This document shows positions 1 through 9,442 of a stretch of 64,000 nt of DNA, piece after piece. The DNA comes from an uncultured virus (IMG/VR IMGVR_UViG_3300022924_000206) (lineage: Duplodnaviria; Heunggongvirae; Uroviricota; Caudoviricetes). The position numbers were made by a program, and so were the translations under genes. Under the pieces are notes generated by a model. That model searched no databases. It was not told the origin of the DNA and saw nothing but the letters and a program-made list of their open reading frames with translations. The stretch lies in the IMG/VR virus record IMGVR_UViG_3300022924_000206. One strand, given 5' to 3'. Every line of letters begins with the position of its first letter. Position 1 is the stretch's first letter.

Positions 1-12
1 TTTGAAGAGCAG

Positions 13-1146
13 ATGAAAGACGAATTGCTTTCAACTCATAAGCATGATCCAGAACTTGCTAAATCAGTACGAGAGCTTTTTGATTATCATATTCAGAACA
101 GTGATGATCCAGATGTGAAATCTCTTCTTGAGTATACTAAAGAAGAGTTAGCAACGGCCGATTCAGTGGTAAAACTCAATAGAATTTCAGCACTTTACTA
201 CAGCGCCGCCAATGACCTCGATGACGACGAGAACACAGCTGAAGCTTCGGATATGGTCGGTGTAGTCGCGGAAACGCTGAGGGAACACTATAGAGGGTTC
301 AGAACTGGTCTAATCAATAAGGACCTCCTCGAAGATGAAGAGGGCTATGTAGCCCCTCGAAGAGAGTTAACTAAACAGACCCTAGAGAAAGAAAGACAGC
401 GTAACCTAAACAATAAGCTAATAAATTCTTTAACTGAAAGCGGCCTTGTCAAAACAGAAGGCTACCAGGTCGCTATCGTTAGAAGTGACGAAAGCGAAGA
501 AACATTGGGAGAGTTTATCCGCAATACTCCCAATGATGCTGTTTTCTACGGAACCACGGGAATAGCTAAAAATGACGAAGCTAGAAAGATAGTAGAGGCT
601 AACGGCAATGCTCTTGTCAAAGCTTTCACCGTGGACGGAGAATTTTCTGCACCTTTGCAAATGTCGAGAGACACAAAAAGGTTACCGGAAGGTTTTGTCT
701 ATCTCGCCGCCGGAGCTGAGAGTAATGTATACCTCCACGAAGCCACCGGAACGGTTTATAAAATTCCCCATAGGGAAGCTATTACTAAAGATCGCTTCGC
801 CGGAGGAAACGAAGAAGACAAAGAGAGAAATTCACTCAACGCGGTTGTTTTCAATGCTGAAGCTGCCTATAAACTAATAGATAGGAAAACATTAGCGAAA
901 GATTACGGAGCTGAATATCTCACCACCTATTTCCTCTCCCTCAATGACGAATCAGGTAAATCGGTCGGAATTATCGTCCAGCCGTATCTTGACGGAGAGC
1001 GCTATATGGATTACTCATTAACCAATGAAGAGCGTTATGATCCTCAGGTAGCAGGGGTTAATGACATCCACGGTGGTAACGTAAGACTAGACAGAAAAAC
1101 AGGCAAGCTAGTATTGTTTGATTGCCTATTCCATAATGCCTTCTGA
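13..1146 (+). CDS. Protein with C-terminal protein-kinase-like (APH/Kdo-like) domain; probably 5'-truncated by the window edge
   Basis: Gly-loop-like LAAGAESNVY, VYKIP lysine, catalytic-loop-like DIHGGNV, LVLFD; the frame is open back to position 1. Confidence 0.55.
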   Translation: MKDELLSTHKHDPELAKSVRELFDYHIQNSDDPDVKSLLEYTKEELATADSVVKLNRISALYYSAANDLDDDENTAEASDMVGVVAETLREHYRGFRTGLINKDLLEDEEGYVAPRRELTKQTLEKERQRNLNNKLINSLTESGLVKTEGYQVAIVRSDESEETLGEFIRNTPNDAVFYGTTGIAKNDEARKIVEANGNALVKAFTVDGEFSAPLQMSRDTKRLPEGFVYLAAGAESNVYLHEATGTVYKIPHREAITKDRFAGGNEEDKERNSLNAVVFNAEAAYKLIDRKTLAKDYGAEYLTTYFLSLNDESGKSVGIIVQPYLDGERYMDYSLTNEERYDPQVAGVNDIHGGNVRLDRKTGKLVLFDCLFHNAF

Positions 1147-1147
1147 C

Positions 1148-1867
1148 ATGAGATACCATCTGAATGAGAAAGGCCCTGCAATTTGCAGGGCCAAAAGCGA
1201 TGATTCATGTCCCCTCGGAGCTAAGGATTCCAGTTCAATCCACTATGAGACGAAAGAACTCGCTCAAACAGCTTTCGAAGAAAAGTTAGCGCAAGAACAC
1301 GGAGGCAATCTCACAGCCTCTAAGAAAACTCCTAAAGTGATCGAAACTGAGTTTGATCCGTTCTCCCTAGTCGAGGATCCTCCCGGGGCAAAAAGCGGTA
1401 CCATCGTGAGAGCTAAAGACGGTACTCTACTAATAGTCTCCGACAATGACACTTACAATGAGTTCGGCGCCTACATGGTAGGAAATCTCACCAATGAGCC
1501 GGAAATAGCCGCAAAGCTCCATAAATTAGATCCTAGAAAGAATTACCAGGAAGGCTCATGTGATTCACTGTCATTCGCTCTGTTAGAAGCCAACGAGGAC
1601 ATCGTGGCTGTGGATGAATTAGTCAATGAGAGTGGGGAAATGTGGCATTCCATAGCTCGTCATAAAGACGGCTACTATATTGATTCCTTAGGGAAGTGGA
1701 GTGAGCAGGATCTTTACGATTATTGGGAGAGCATCGGTATTCGTGAAGACGAGGGTGAGTTCTCTTTCAAATATGATGTCCATGAAGAGCCGGGCAAAAA
1801 TCCCAATTTTGCCCCTGAAGATTCACTGAAACCTTTAGTAGTTTACTTAAATTCTCTTACTAAATAG
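1148..1867 (+). CDS. Hypothetical protein with N-terminal YH-C-CP-H module
   Basis: ATG at 1148 gives MRYHLNEKGPAICRAKSDDSCPLG...HYET, matching six other N-termini in the window. Confidence 0.75.
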   Translation: MRYHLNEKGPAICRAKSDDSCPLGAKDSSSIHYETKELAQTAFEEKLAQEHGGNLTASKKTPKVIETEFDPFSLVEDPPGAKSGTIVRAKDGTLLIVSDNDTYNEFGAYMVGNLTNEPEIAAKLHKLDPRKNYQEGSCDSLSFALLEANEDIVAVDELVNESGEMWHSIARHKDGYYIDSLGKWSEQDLYDYWESIGIREDEGEFSFKYDVHEEPGKNPNFAPEDSLKPLVVYLNSLTK

Positions 1868-1928
1868 TTCCTTTTTGAAGTGGTTCGCTTTGATATAAGA
1901 ACCGTATGAGAAACAGAAAGGCTTCGGC

Positions 1929-2048
1929 ATGAAAATCAAGTCGGCCAGGCGTATTGAGCCTGAGTTGTCCCGCTGCATTGAAGTAGACTCTCCAGATAGA
2001 CTCTTCGCAGCCGGTGGACTCTCCGGGCAGTCTTTTCTCTCTCACAAC
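1929..2048 (+). other. Split intein C-fragment (IntC, 40 aa)
   Basis: MKIKSARRI...CIEVDSPDRLFAAG...SHN followed by Ser+1; intein blocks F/G sit at the very N-terminus of the ORF. Confidence 0.85.
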
Positions 2049-3914
2049 TCTGTAGCTCAGAGAAACATTGTTTTCGGTTGTATTCTACGTCCTGACAGCT
2101 GGCGATTTCTCGGAATCGACCTTAAGCGAGTAGAGCTCTCGGTTTATCGTTCATACTCCAATGTTGTGCTCGGTATCGCCACAACACTTGAGGATGCGCT
2201 CACCGTTCTTCGATTCGCGCAACAAACAATGATGAAGCGCTACACAGAGCTTGAAACACTCGGACTCAACAACTTCCTGGATCTTCCAAATAAAGGTCAA
2301 GCATTAATGGTTATGGTGGACGAGGCCGGTGAGTTGCTCGGTTCCTCCGGTGTGAAGTCCCTTGCCGGAAGTACTTACATCCCAAATCTCAACGGCCGAC
2401 GTAACATGAGCGAAATCCAAATCGGGGATACTGTCTTCGACAATAAAGGAAACTTCACTAAAGTTCTCGACAAGTACACTCCTCTAGAGCAGGAGCAGTT
2501 CGATGTCACCATTAAGAATGCTCAATCTGTCTCTAGCGGGAAGCTAGCTAAAGAGGTTATTCGAGCAGGAGCGGATCACTACTGGGTAGTCACATGTCCT
2601 GATCCCGAGCACACTGATGACCACACACTAACCACCCGTGAACTCCTGTCAGAGCTGGAACTCACGGATCCTGACAAGACGTGGAAAATAAAGAGAGTTT
2701 TCACCGGTGTTCAGAATAACATTCAGACACTTCCGGTGGAGCCCGAAGTTTTGGGACAGTATCTCTCTGGACAAAACACTCTCTCCAACGAAGAGCTAGA
2801 ACTTCTAGGTCTCGAGAAAAATCAACGCACTCTACCGGATCTATACTTATACTCATCGGTGGATCAGAGATTAGAACTTCTCCATGGAATCTTCGGCTTC
2901 TACAGTGAAACCCCGATTTTCACCACCGAGGATCTATATCTAGTTCAAGATATTCAAAGATTGATCGTTTCACTCGGTTTCACACCTCGATTGAAAGAGA
3001 GCCCTTGGGGAATCGAAATTTCCTATGAGGATATTCAGGAGGATTGGTTCGAAATAGACAGCATCGTTCCCATCGAAAATGAAGAAAGTTTCGAGGAACT
3101 TTTTTGCCTAAGGGTAGATGCTCCGGATTCACAGTTCCTGTGCAGTGAGAATTTCGTTACTACCCACAACACCGACGAGGGTAAAGAGCAGGACATGCTC
3201 AAAGGTGAAGCCTCCATGATTATTGGTTCCGTCGCTCGTCTAGGTCGAGCCGCCGGTGTCCACTTGATTATTGCTACCCAGCGCCCTGACGCTACACTAA
3301 TCCCCGGTGAGACTAAAGCTAACCTCGGTGTTCGTCTAAACTGTGGTCGCACAGATTCCAACGCTTCATCTATGATCCTTGGTAACGGTGAGGGAAGCCG
3401 AGTGAAGGCTAACCCGCGTGGACGTTTATATCTATCTATCTACGGTAGAGGCGACCACGGACAGGGTTTCTTCGCTGATCAAACATGGATTGACGAATAT
3501 CTCGCCTCTAAGGGCCTCAACCCCGATGGTACTCCACTCTCAAGCAAGCAGTCACGACTTGCGAAGCTCACCGACTTCGGTTCCGACTTCGGAGAGGACA
3601 CCGACTTGGATGCCAAGTCTGGTATTGACAACTCGGCCATCATTGAGCAGATTCGTCAAGAAGAAGAGAACGGAATTTCTAGAGGCTCCGGTGATGAAAT
3701 CGACATTGACGAGCTTGTGGATGACGATTCAGAGGATTGGGGATTCTCCGATGACGGAGAGACTTCTGAAGAGCCGGTTGCCCGTTCTGACAATTGGGGC
3801 GGTTTAGAGCTCGGTAAGAGCACGGAAGATAAGAACAGGCGTCCGGAGGATGACTGGGATGATGAACTCGATGACCTTATCAATGACAACTTCGACGGAA
3901 AAGAACAAGAGTAA
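1929..3914 (+). CDS. FtsK/SpoIIIE-family ATPase, C-terminal half (N-terminal split-intein IntC plus internal intein; acidic tail)
   Basis: IDLKRVEL, Walker B VMVDEAGEL, ARLGRAAGVHLIIATQRPDA, GRL; Walker A absent, the extein begins at the Ser that normally follows GK. Confidence 0.85.
   Translation: MKIKSARRIEPELSRCIEVDSPDRLFAAGGLSGQSFLSHNSVAQRNIVFGCILRPDSWRFLGIDLKRVELSVYRSYSNVVLGIATTLEDALTVLRFAQQTMMKRYTELETLGLNNFLDLPNKGQALMVMVDEAGELLGSSGVKSLAGSTYIPNLNGRRNMSEIQIGDTVFDNKGNFTKVLDKYTPLEQEQFDVTIKNAQSVSSGKLAKEVIRAGADHYWVVTCPDPEHTDDHTLTTRELLSELELTDPDKTWKIKRVFTGVQNNIQTLPVEPEVLGQYLSGQNTLSNEELELLGLEKNQRTLPDLYLYSSVDQRLELLHGIFGFYSETPIFTTEDLYLVQDIQRLIVSLGFTPRLKESPWGIEISYEDIQEDWFEIDSIVPIENEESFEELFCLRVDAPDSQFLCSENFVTTHNTDEGKEQDMLKGEASMIIGSVARLGRAAGVHLIIATQRPDATLIPGETKANLGVRLNCGRTDSNASSMILGNGEGSRVKANPRGRLYLSIYGRGDHGQGFFADQTWIDEYLASKGLNPDGTPLSSKQSRLAKLTDFGSDFGEDTDLDAKSGIDNSAIIEQIRQEEENGISRGSGDEIDIDELVDDDSEDWGFSDDGETSEEPVARSDNWGGLELGKSTEDKNRRPEDDWDDELDDLINDNFDGKEQE
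2358..3170 (+). mobile_element. Cis intein (271 aa) with degenerate LAGLIDADG remnant
   Basis: Block A SLAGSTYIP..G...MSEIQIGDTVFD, block B GADHYW, RLELLHGIFG remnant, block F/G CLRVDAPDSQFL...THN, Thr+1. Confidence 0.85.
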
Positions 3915-4252
3915 GTAGTAATCGCTATCTTTTTTACGAAAAGTTACAAGAATTTCAAAAAATTTTAGCTATTCCGTTAAAAATTGACTTTCATTTCAAC
4001 CCTAAGTGAAAAGCCTAATTTTACGCGAGATTCTAAGGTTATTCATTACCAAAAATCGGTTCTAGCTACACGATTTTGGGTCTTTTTAGCGCTTTCTTTC
4101 AAAAAAGTTTGATTAAAAGTTGTATTGTTTGAACTATTCGTGCGATAATCCATATATATAGGTCTGCAACTGCGGAGCGTTTACTTCGTTTTTCGCTCAA
4201 TAGCTGCCGACAAGTATCGCCAAAAACCAACGAATTGAAGGAAATAAGAACA

Positions 4253-6331
4253 ATGAATAAGATTTTTCAGTCGGTGGCTGCTCTCACAGCTGGTGTGCTT
4301 GTCACTGCCGCTTTGACCGCAGGTGCCGTTCCCGCATTCGCCGAGGAACTCCCTCCCGAGACCGGTGAGACCACGACCACAGAGATTGTTGTCGATGAGA
4401 CTGTCCCCACAAACGAGGACACCACTGCCAACGAAGAGGTTGTAGTCCCCGAAGAGGTAATCCCGGAAGAAGCCGCTCCCGAAATTGAGGTTGCTGACGC
4501 TAACGTTCCTGGAGAAATCACGAACCTTGCTGTTTCTGTGAACCAGCTGAGCGCCACCGCAACGTGGAACGCCGCTACTGTTGACGGAGGTGACGCAGAC
4601 GCTATTCGTTATCAGGTGATTGTTTCCTCCGACACTGAGGTTGCCAACACTTTCGACACCGCTGAGACCACAATCACCGTCAATGAGCTAGTTGCGTTCT
4701 CCACCTATAACATTACAGTTATTGCTTACAACGAAGCTGGGGAGTCTCAGCCGGTTATTTCAAGCGATTTCGTTGCCGGTGATTCCGCCCCTAACGCGGT
4801 TTATAACCTAAAGGGTCTCGTGGCTTCCGGAAACTCCGGGCTAGATGTTAACGTTACTTGGGAAGCTGAAAACCCCGAGTACATGGCTGATGATGTCACT
4901 TACATTGTTGACACCTACAATGGCTCAACTCTTCTCGACAGCGCTACACTCACAGACACGAATTACACTGTGAGTGGAGTTGTTAGTGGTACAACCGTAA
5001 CCATCAATGTGACCGCAGTCTTCAATGAGCATGCCTCTGAACTACGAAGCATCAACGTGCTAGTTCAGCCCACCGTTCCCGGCTACCCCACCCTCAACGC
5101 TTACAATGAGGGAACAACAATCTACGCAGATTGGACAACCCCCAATGATGGTGGTTCTGCCATCACTGGTTATATCTTCGAGATTCTCGTCGGCAATGAG
5201 GTTGTTGTTCGTAGTGAACTAGGTGCACTATTCCACTTCCGAACTACCCCCGGTCTAGCACCCAACACGGCCTTCACCGTAAAGGTCACCGCCATCAACG
5301 CGATTGGCGCCGGCGAAGCAGATCAGGTGACAGTGGTTACTCCGGTAATCGTTCCTACGGCTGCTCGTAATGTTACCTACGCTAACGGAGCAATCAACTG
5401 GACTGCCCCCACCAGCAACGGTGGCGAGGCTGTTTCCTACGCTGTGAGTGTGTTCAACTCGGCTCAGGAACTTGTTGAGTCCGGTGATGTAACCACCACG
5501 AGCTACGCTCTCACTGAGACCTACCCGGTAGGCGATTACACCGTGAGCGTCACTGCCTCAAACAGTGCTGGTGAGGCTGACGCCGCAACCGGAAGCTTCA
5601 CGAAGATCGCTGTCCCTTCGGCACCGACTTCAGTTAAGCTAGCTGTTAGCTCCACCAATTCCCTCACCGGAACTTGGAATGCTCCAGTAAGTGGTACCGG
5701 TATCACTAAGTACATTGTTGAACTCATCAACGTGACCGCAGGAACCTCCACCGTGGTGGAGACCACCGCAACCTCTGCCAACTTCACAAACCTTGCGGCT
5801 GACAGCGAGTTCACGTTCACCGTAAAAGCAGTCAATGATGGAGGAACTAGCCTCGCTAGCGCCGCTGCTGATTCTGTATTCACCGCCCCGGCCGCATTGA
5901 GCGACCCCCTTACAGAGGAAGAGGCAAAGGAAATTGCTGCTAACACACCGATTTCTTACACCCTCGAAAACGGCATCATCTCGTTTGATGTTTCCGCTGA
6001 AGAATGGTACGCCGGTGTTGCTTACTCAACTCCCACCGCTCTCGGATGGGTTTACTCCTCGGCTACCGGCCGTGTGAGCTTCGATGTCTCTAGCCTCCCG
6101 GCTGGAAACCACACATTCCTGCTTTACAATGCAGCTGGTAATGTGGTCGGAGGAGCAAGCTTCGCTATTGCTGGAGCCGTCACCGGCACTGGAACCACCA
6201 CTGGCGCACTAGCCAGTACCGGTGTTGAGGTTGTTGGTTCAATCGCAATTGCCGTGTTCGCTCTTCTCGCAGGAGCCGCACTATTGATTGCATCACGTCG
6301 CCGTCGCGTTGCGGTCACCGTCGCCAACTAA
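4253..6331 (+). CDS. Secreted fibronectin type III repeat surface protein with LAxTG sortase anchor
   Basis: Signal peptide ending AFA; several FN3 repeats (W..P..GG..ITGY, V.A.N..G); C-terminal LASTG, hydrophobic helix and RRRR tail. Confidence 0.85.
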   Translation: MNKIFQSVAALTAGVLVTAALTAGAVPAFAEELPPETGETTTTEIVVDETVPTNEDTTANEEVVVPEEVIPEEAAPEIEVADANVPGEITNLAVSVNQLSATATWNAATVDGGDADAIRYQVIVSSDTEVANTFDTAETTITVNELVAFSTYNITVIAYNEAGESQPVISSDFVAGDSAPNAVYNLKGLVASGNSGLDVNVTWEAENPEYMADDVTYIVDTYNGSTLLDSATLTDTNYTVSGVVSGTTVTINVTAVFNEHASELRSINVLVQPTVPGYPTLNAYNEGTTIYADWTTPNDGGSAITGYIFEILVGNEVVVRSELGALFHFRTTPGLAPNTAFTVKVTAINAIGAGEADQVTVVTPVIVPTAARNVTYANGAINWTAPTSNGGEAVSYAVSVFNSAQELVESGDVTTTSYALTETYPVGDYTVSVTASNSAGEADAATGSFTKIAVPSAPTSVKLAVSSTNSLTGTWNAPVSGTGITKYIVELINVTAGTSTVVETTATSANFTNLAADSEFTFTVKAVNDGGTSLASAAADSVFTAPAALSDPLTEEEAKEIAANTPISYTLENGIISFDVSAEEWYAGVAYSTPTALGWVYSSATGRVSFDVSSLPAGNHTFLLYNAAGNVVGGASFAIAGAVTGTGTTTGALASTGVEVVGSIAIAVFALLAGAALLIASRRRRVAVTVAN

Positions 6332-6340
6332 GAACTAAAC

Positions 6341-6380
6341 AATAAAAGAGGCCCGCCAAATTTGGTGGGCCTCTTTTATT
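6341..6380. terminator. Intrinsic (bidirectional-type) terminator
   Basis: AATAAAAGAGGCCCGCCAAA-TTTGGTGGGCCTCTTTTATT hairpin after the stop codon. Confidence 0.8.
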
Positions 6381-6420
6381 TAAGCGAGTTAGATATTCTC
6401 TATAATCTTGGAGATCTCAC

Positions 6421-6912
6421 ATGGCTAAATACCACATTTCAAAAGATGGTACACCGCGTCCCTGTGGCGCCGTGAAAGGGCAATGTCCCTATGGTGAAGA
6501 AGTTCACGGTAACTTTGATAATGATGTCGAAGCTAGACAGTTCGCTGAAGAGTATCTGGAGAAGAACCACGGTCTTTTCAATGAGACTCAGCCGGTTCAT
6601 CCTAAGCCAGCGGTAACCGTCGGGGAACTAGGTGGACCATCGGCTCCAGTGTTAGCAAGATCTAGTGAATTCCCCGGAACTTTCAACGTGGATGAAAACG
6701 GACTTAACGAAGCTGGAAAACATTTCGATGAGATCACCGGCGGCACCGTTTCACCCATGATTAGAGACCTAGCACTCAACATGGCAGCGAGTGACATCCG
6801 TAACGGCCATGAAACTAGAGCCCTGAGTAACCTAACTAGTTTCATGGATCTAACAGGTGCCTACCGTATTTATGCAGCGCTAGTAGCTGGTTCAGAGGGC
6901 AATAAAGTTTAG
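6421..6912 (+). CDS. Hypothetical protein with N-terminal YH-C-CP-H module
   Basis: MAKYHISKDGTPRPCGAVKGQCPYGEEVHG; GGAG RBS. Confidence 0.8.
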   Translation: MAKYHISKDGTPRPCGAVKGQCPYGEEVHGNFDNDVEARQFAEEYLEKNHGLFNETQPVHPKPAVTVGELGGPSAPVLARSSEFPGTFNVDENGLNEAGKHFDEITGGTVSPMIRDLALNMAASDIRNGHETRALSNLTSFMDLTGAYRIYAALVAGSEGNKV

Positions 6913-7002
6913 TAGATAACCCGTGAATAACACAACTACTTTGAGCTGAGTAGTTTACTTTACGAGTTAGAAAGGGTCATTAGAATCACACTGGAGATCA
7001 CA

Positions 7003-8493
7003 ATGACCAAGTACCACATTTCAAGCGACGGCACACCACGCCCTTGCAGTGCAGATAAAGGCCACTGTCCTTACGGCGCCGAGGTCCACGGAGAGTTCGA
7101 TACTCCCAACGATGCTCGTAGATTCGCCGAGGAGTACCTCGAGCGTAACCTTGGTCTATTCGAGGCTAACTCCCGTAAAGCTGGACAGGTTGCTCGTGAG
7201 CAGTCCCAGTTTAACAAAGACGGTGGAGACGATTTCCGCTCACTATCAGAGGCTCAGATTCGTGAAGCTCTCCTAAATCCCGGTTCACCTATCGCTTTCA
7301 ACGAAGACGGTTCTCTTTCCACCCCTCCAAGTGGTTCCCTCCAGGATCCCATTGATCTAGCTAACCTCAAGCCTGAAGATGCTGAAAGACTACTCAAAGC
7401 TAACAACTACAGTGACGAGCAAATTGCTAATCTCAAACGTGACTTCGGGGATCTTGCGGATAAGGCGCTTATCACAGCCGCCACCGCCGAGCTCATGACT
7501 GGTCCTCCACAGCGCCACGTGCGTTTCAGTGAAGATCCTGACGACAACTACAGCTTCTCCATGACAAACTTTGAAGAGGTCGGACTCTCAATCGGTTTGC
7601 TCCAGGAGGACCCTAACTCTCACTTCATCGTACCAGTGAGTGACCCTAAGGCCGCTCTGTCTTGGATGCAAGTATCCAATCCGGCTAACAACGTTTTCCA
7701 GATTCAAGAGCACACCGGGACTAACCGTCTCTACATGCCTCAGACCGCCAACAAGAATGTTCAAGGTGAAGCAGGCCGTAAGCTTGCCCTTCTTTCAGAC
7801 ATCGTTGGCAATAGTTCATCTTCAATCGAAGATCTCGCTAAGAGCAACGGAGATTTCCGCCGCCTACAGCGTGATCTAAGAGTTGAATACAAGGACCTAG
7901 AAAAACTCCGTACCGGAAACTACGGTAACGGTAGAGATGGTAGCCCGCTAACTAAAGAGGCTTACGTAGCAAGCATCGAAGTCAATGGTCGCGACTGGAT
8001 GGTCCGTGATTTGAAGCAGACCGTCGGCGTTGACTCATCCGAGGAATCCTACGGTGCTGCCGAGCTCAAAGGTATGAAGCCAACTCAGTCTGGTATCAGT
8101 GTTCTTCAAGTTCAGGGTATGGCTAACGCTACCATCAAGAAGTTCGGTGACAGAGTCTTAGCTGAGAAAAGCTCACTCGAAGCACTTCCAGCAGGAGAAA
8201 GAGCAGTTCGTGTGCAGCAGCTCCTTAACGAATCCATGGGTAAGGCAACCATTGTTACTCGTGACAATTACATTCTAGATGGCCACCACGGGCTAGCCAA
8301 GGCTGCCCTAATGAACTCAGCTCTTTCCAACGGTACCGTCGCCCGTCGCCTTGAGAAAATGGGTGTAAACTTCCCGCTCCCCAGCGAGGCAAGACTTCCC
8401 GTGGTGAAGTTAGACATGGACGGTGGGCAGGGCTTTGACGCTCTCACCTACTGGACAGAAAAGAACGGATTCCCTGTTTCAGGGATGAAGTGA
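7003..8493 (+). CDS. YH-C-CP-H module protein with C-terminal ParB/Srx-like domain
   Basis: N-terminus near-identical to the 6421 gene; C-terminal MKPTQ...IVTRDNYILDGHH motif. Confidence 0.65.
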   Translation: MTKYHISSDGTPRPCSADKGHCPYGAEVHGEFDTPNDARRFAEEYLERNLGLFEANSRKAGQVAREQSQFNKDGGDDFRSLSEAQIREALLNPGSPIAFNEDGSLSTPPSGSLQDPIDLANLKPEDAERLLKANNYSDEQIANLKRDFGDLADKALITAATAELMTGPPQRHVRFSEDPDDNYSFSMTNFEEVGLSIGLLQEDPNSHFIVPVSDPKAALSWMQVSNPANNVFQIQEHTGTNRLYMPQTANKNVQGEAGRKLALLSDIVGNSSSSIEDLAKSNGDFRRLQRDLRVEYKDLEKLRTGNYGNGRDGSPLTKEAYVASIEVNGRDWMVRDLKQTVGVDSSEESYGAAELKGMKPTQSGISVLQVQGMANATIKKFGDRVLAEKSSLEALPAGERAVRVQQLLNESMGKATIVTRDNYILDGHHGLAKAALMNSALSNGTVARRLEKMGVNFPLPSEARLPVVKLDMDGGQGFDALTYWTEKNGFPVSGMK

Positions 8494-8503
8494 TAGTTTC
8501 TTT

Positions 8504-9439
8504 ATGACTGTTTACCATTTAGGCAAAGACGGTACACCTAAAGTTTGCAGAGCGTTAAAGAACACCTGCCCACTCGGCGGCACCCATTTTAATTCCCTCA
8601 CCGATGCTAGGACCTACCTAGAAGTAACCTCGGCAGCCTCTGCTGAGAGTGATCGAGAGCTCTTCGAGAATCTCTTTACTGTGGCGCAAAGACGAAGAAT
8701 GTTTGTCCAGCATCCTCCCATGTCCTACATTCACCCACTAGGCACAGTGCTAATTTCCAAACGCGGTGACCTATGGGAGCTGGTGGCAAGAGAGCAAACA
8801 GGCGGTCCGTTCTCTCATAAATTTACTCTTCGTAATAGACGCTCTCAAAAAGAGGTTGTAGTCAACACGGAATACGATAGAGGCCCGAGAGAAAAAGCTC
8901 CTAGTGATTTCGCTCAACTTCTTCCCCACTGGTTCCAAGTGGATGGCCCACCAGACGCCTCTGGACGCAATCTGGCGACCTTCCGCAACGGTAAGACAGT
9001 GCTGAACGATGTGCTTCTAGCTAAAGTTAGAGTGTATACTGTAGAAAATGAGCTTGATAAAAACCTACCACGTTTTGGTGATGGAGATTACAACGCTGAA
9101 CGTAGCGTCTACGGACGTTTACTCCAGGAGGAGAAATTCCGTTACCTAGTGGTTCCCTCATTTAAGAAAGCCGAGCTCGAAAATCCAGAGAATTTAGATA
9201 AAATTTCTTTAGCGCTCTGGAATCAAGCCGGACGAAATAAGGATTCTTGGGAGAGCCTCGGAGTAAAAGAAAAAAGGGATTTACTTTTCTCGGCCAAGGA
9301 AGTCAAGCAGGCTGAGTTCGTGACGAAAAACGGTTCAACAAGCTTCACCAATAAGGATCTACGACCGGATCAATTTGATAGTTTTCTTCTTCCCGGAGGA
9401 ATTCCATCCAGTTCAATCGCCGCTTTCAAAAACGGCTAA
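8504..9439 (+). CDS. Hypothetical protein with N-terminal YH-C-CP-H module
   Basis: MTVYHLGKDGTPKVCRALKNTCPLGGTHF. Confidence 0.75.
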   Translation: MTVYHLGKDGTPKVCRALKNTCPLGGTHFNSLTDARTYLEVTSAASAESDRELFENLFTVAQRRRMFVQHPPMSYIHPLGTVLISKRGDLWELVAREQTGGPFSHKFTLRNRRSQKEVVVNTEYDRGPREKAPSDFAQLLPHWFQVDGPPDASGRNLATFRNGKTVLNDVLLAKVRVYTVENELDKNLPRFGDGDYNAERSVYGRLLQEEKFRYLVVPSFKKAELENPENLDKISLALWNQAGRNKDSWESLGVKEKRDLLFSAKEVKQAEFVTKNGSTSFTNKDLRPDQFDSFLLPGGIPSSSIAAFKNG

Positions 9440-9442
9440 TAT

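Noticed and set aside
2007..2033. AAGGLSGQS as the FtsK Walker A
   Set aside because: It lacks the GK[ST] lysine and lies inside the IntC fragment ending HN
4007..4091. Possible seventh copy of the 87-bp element
   Set aside because: It has GCGAG and a terminal TTAGCG at roughly the right spacing, but the left arm does not match; too weak
4150..4235. Riboswitch upstream of the FN3 surface protein
   Set aside because: Some pairing potential, but no recognisable c-di-AMP or other riboswitch consensus
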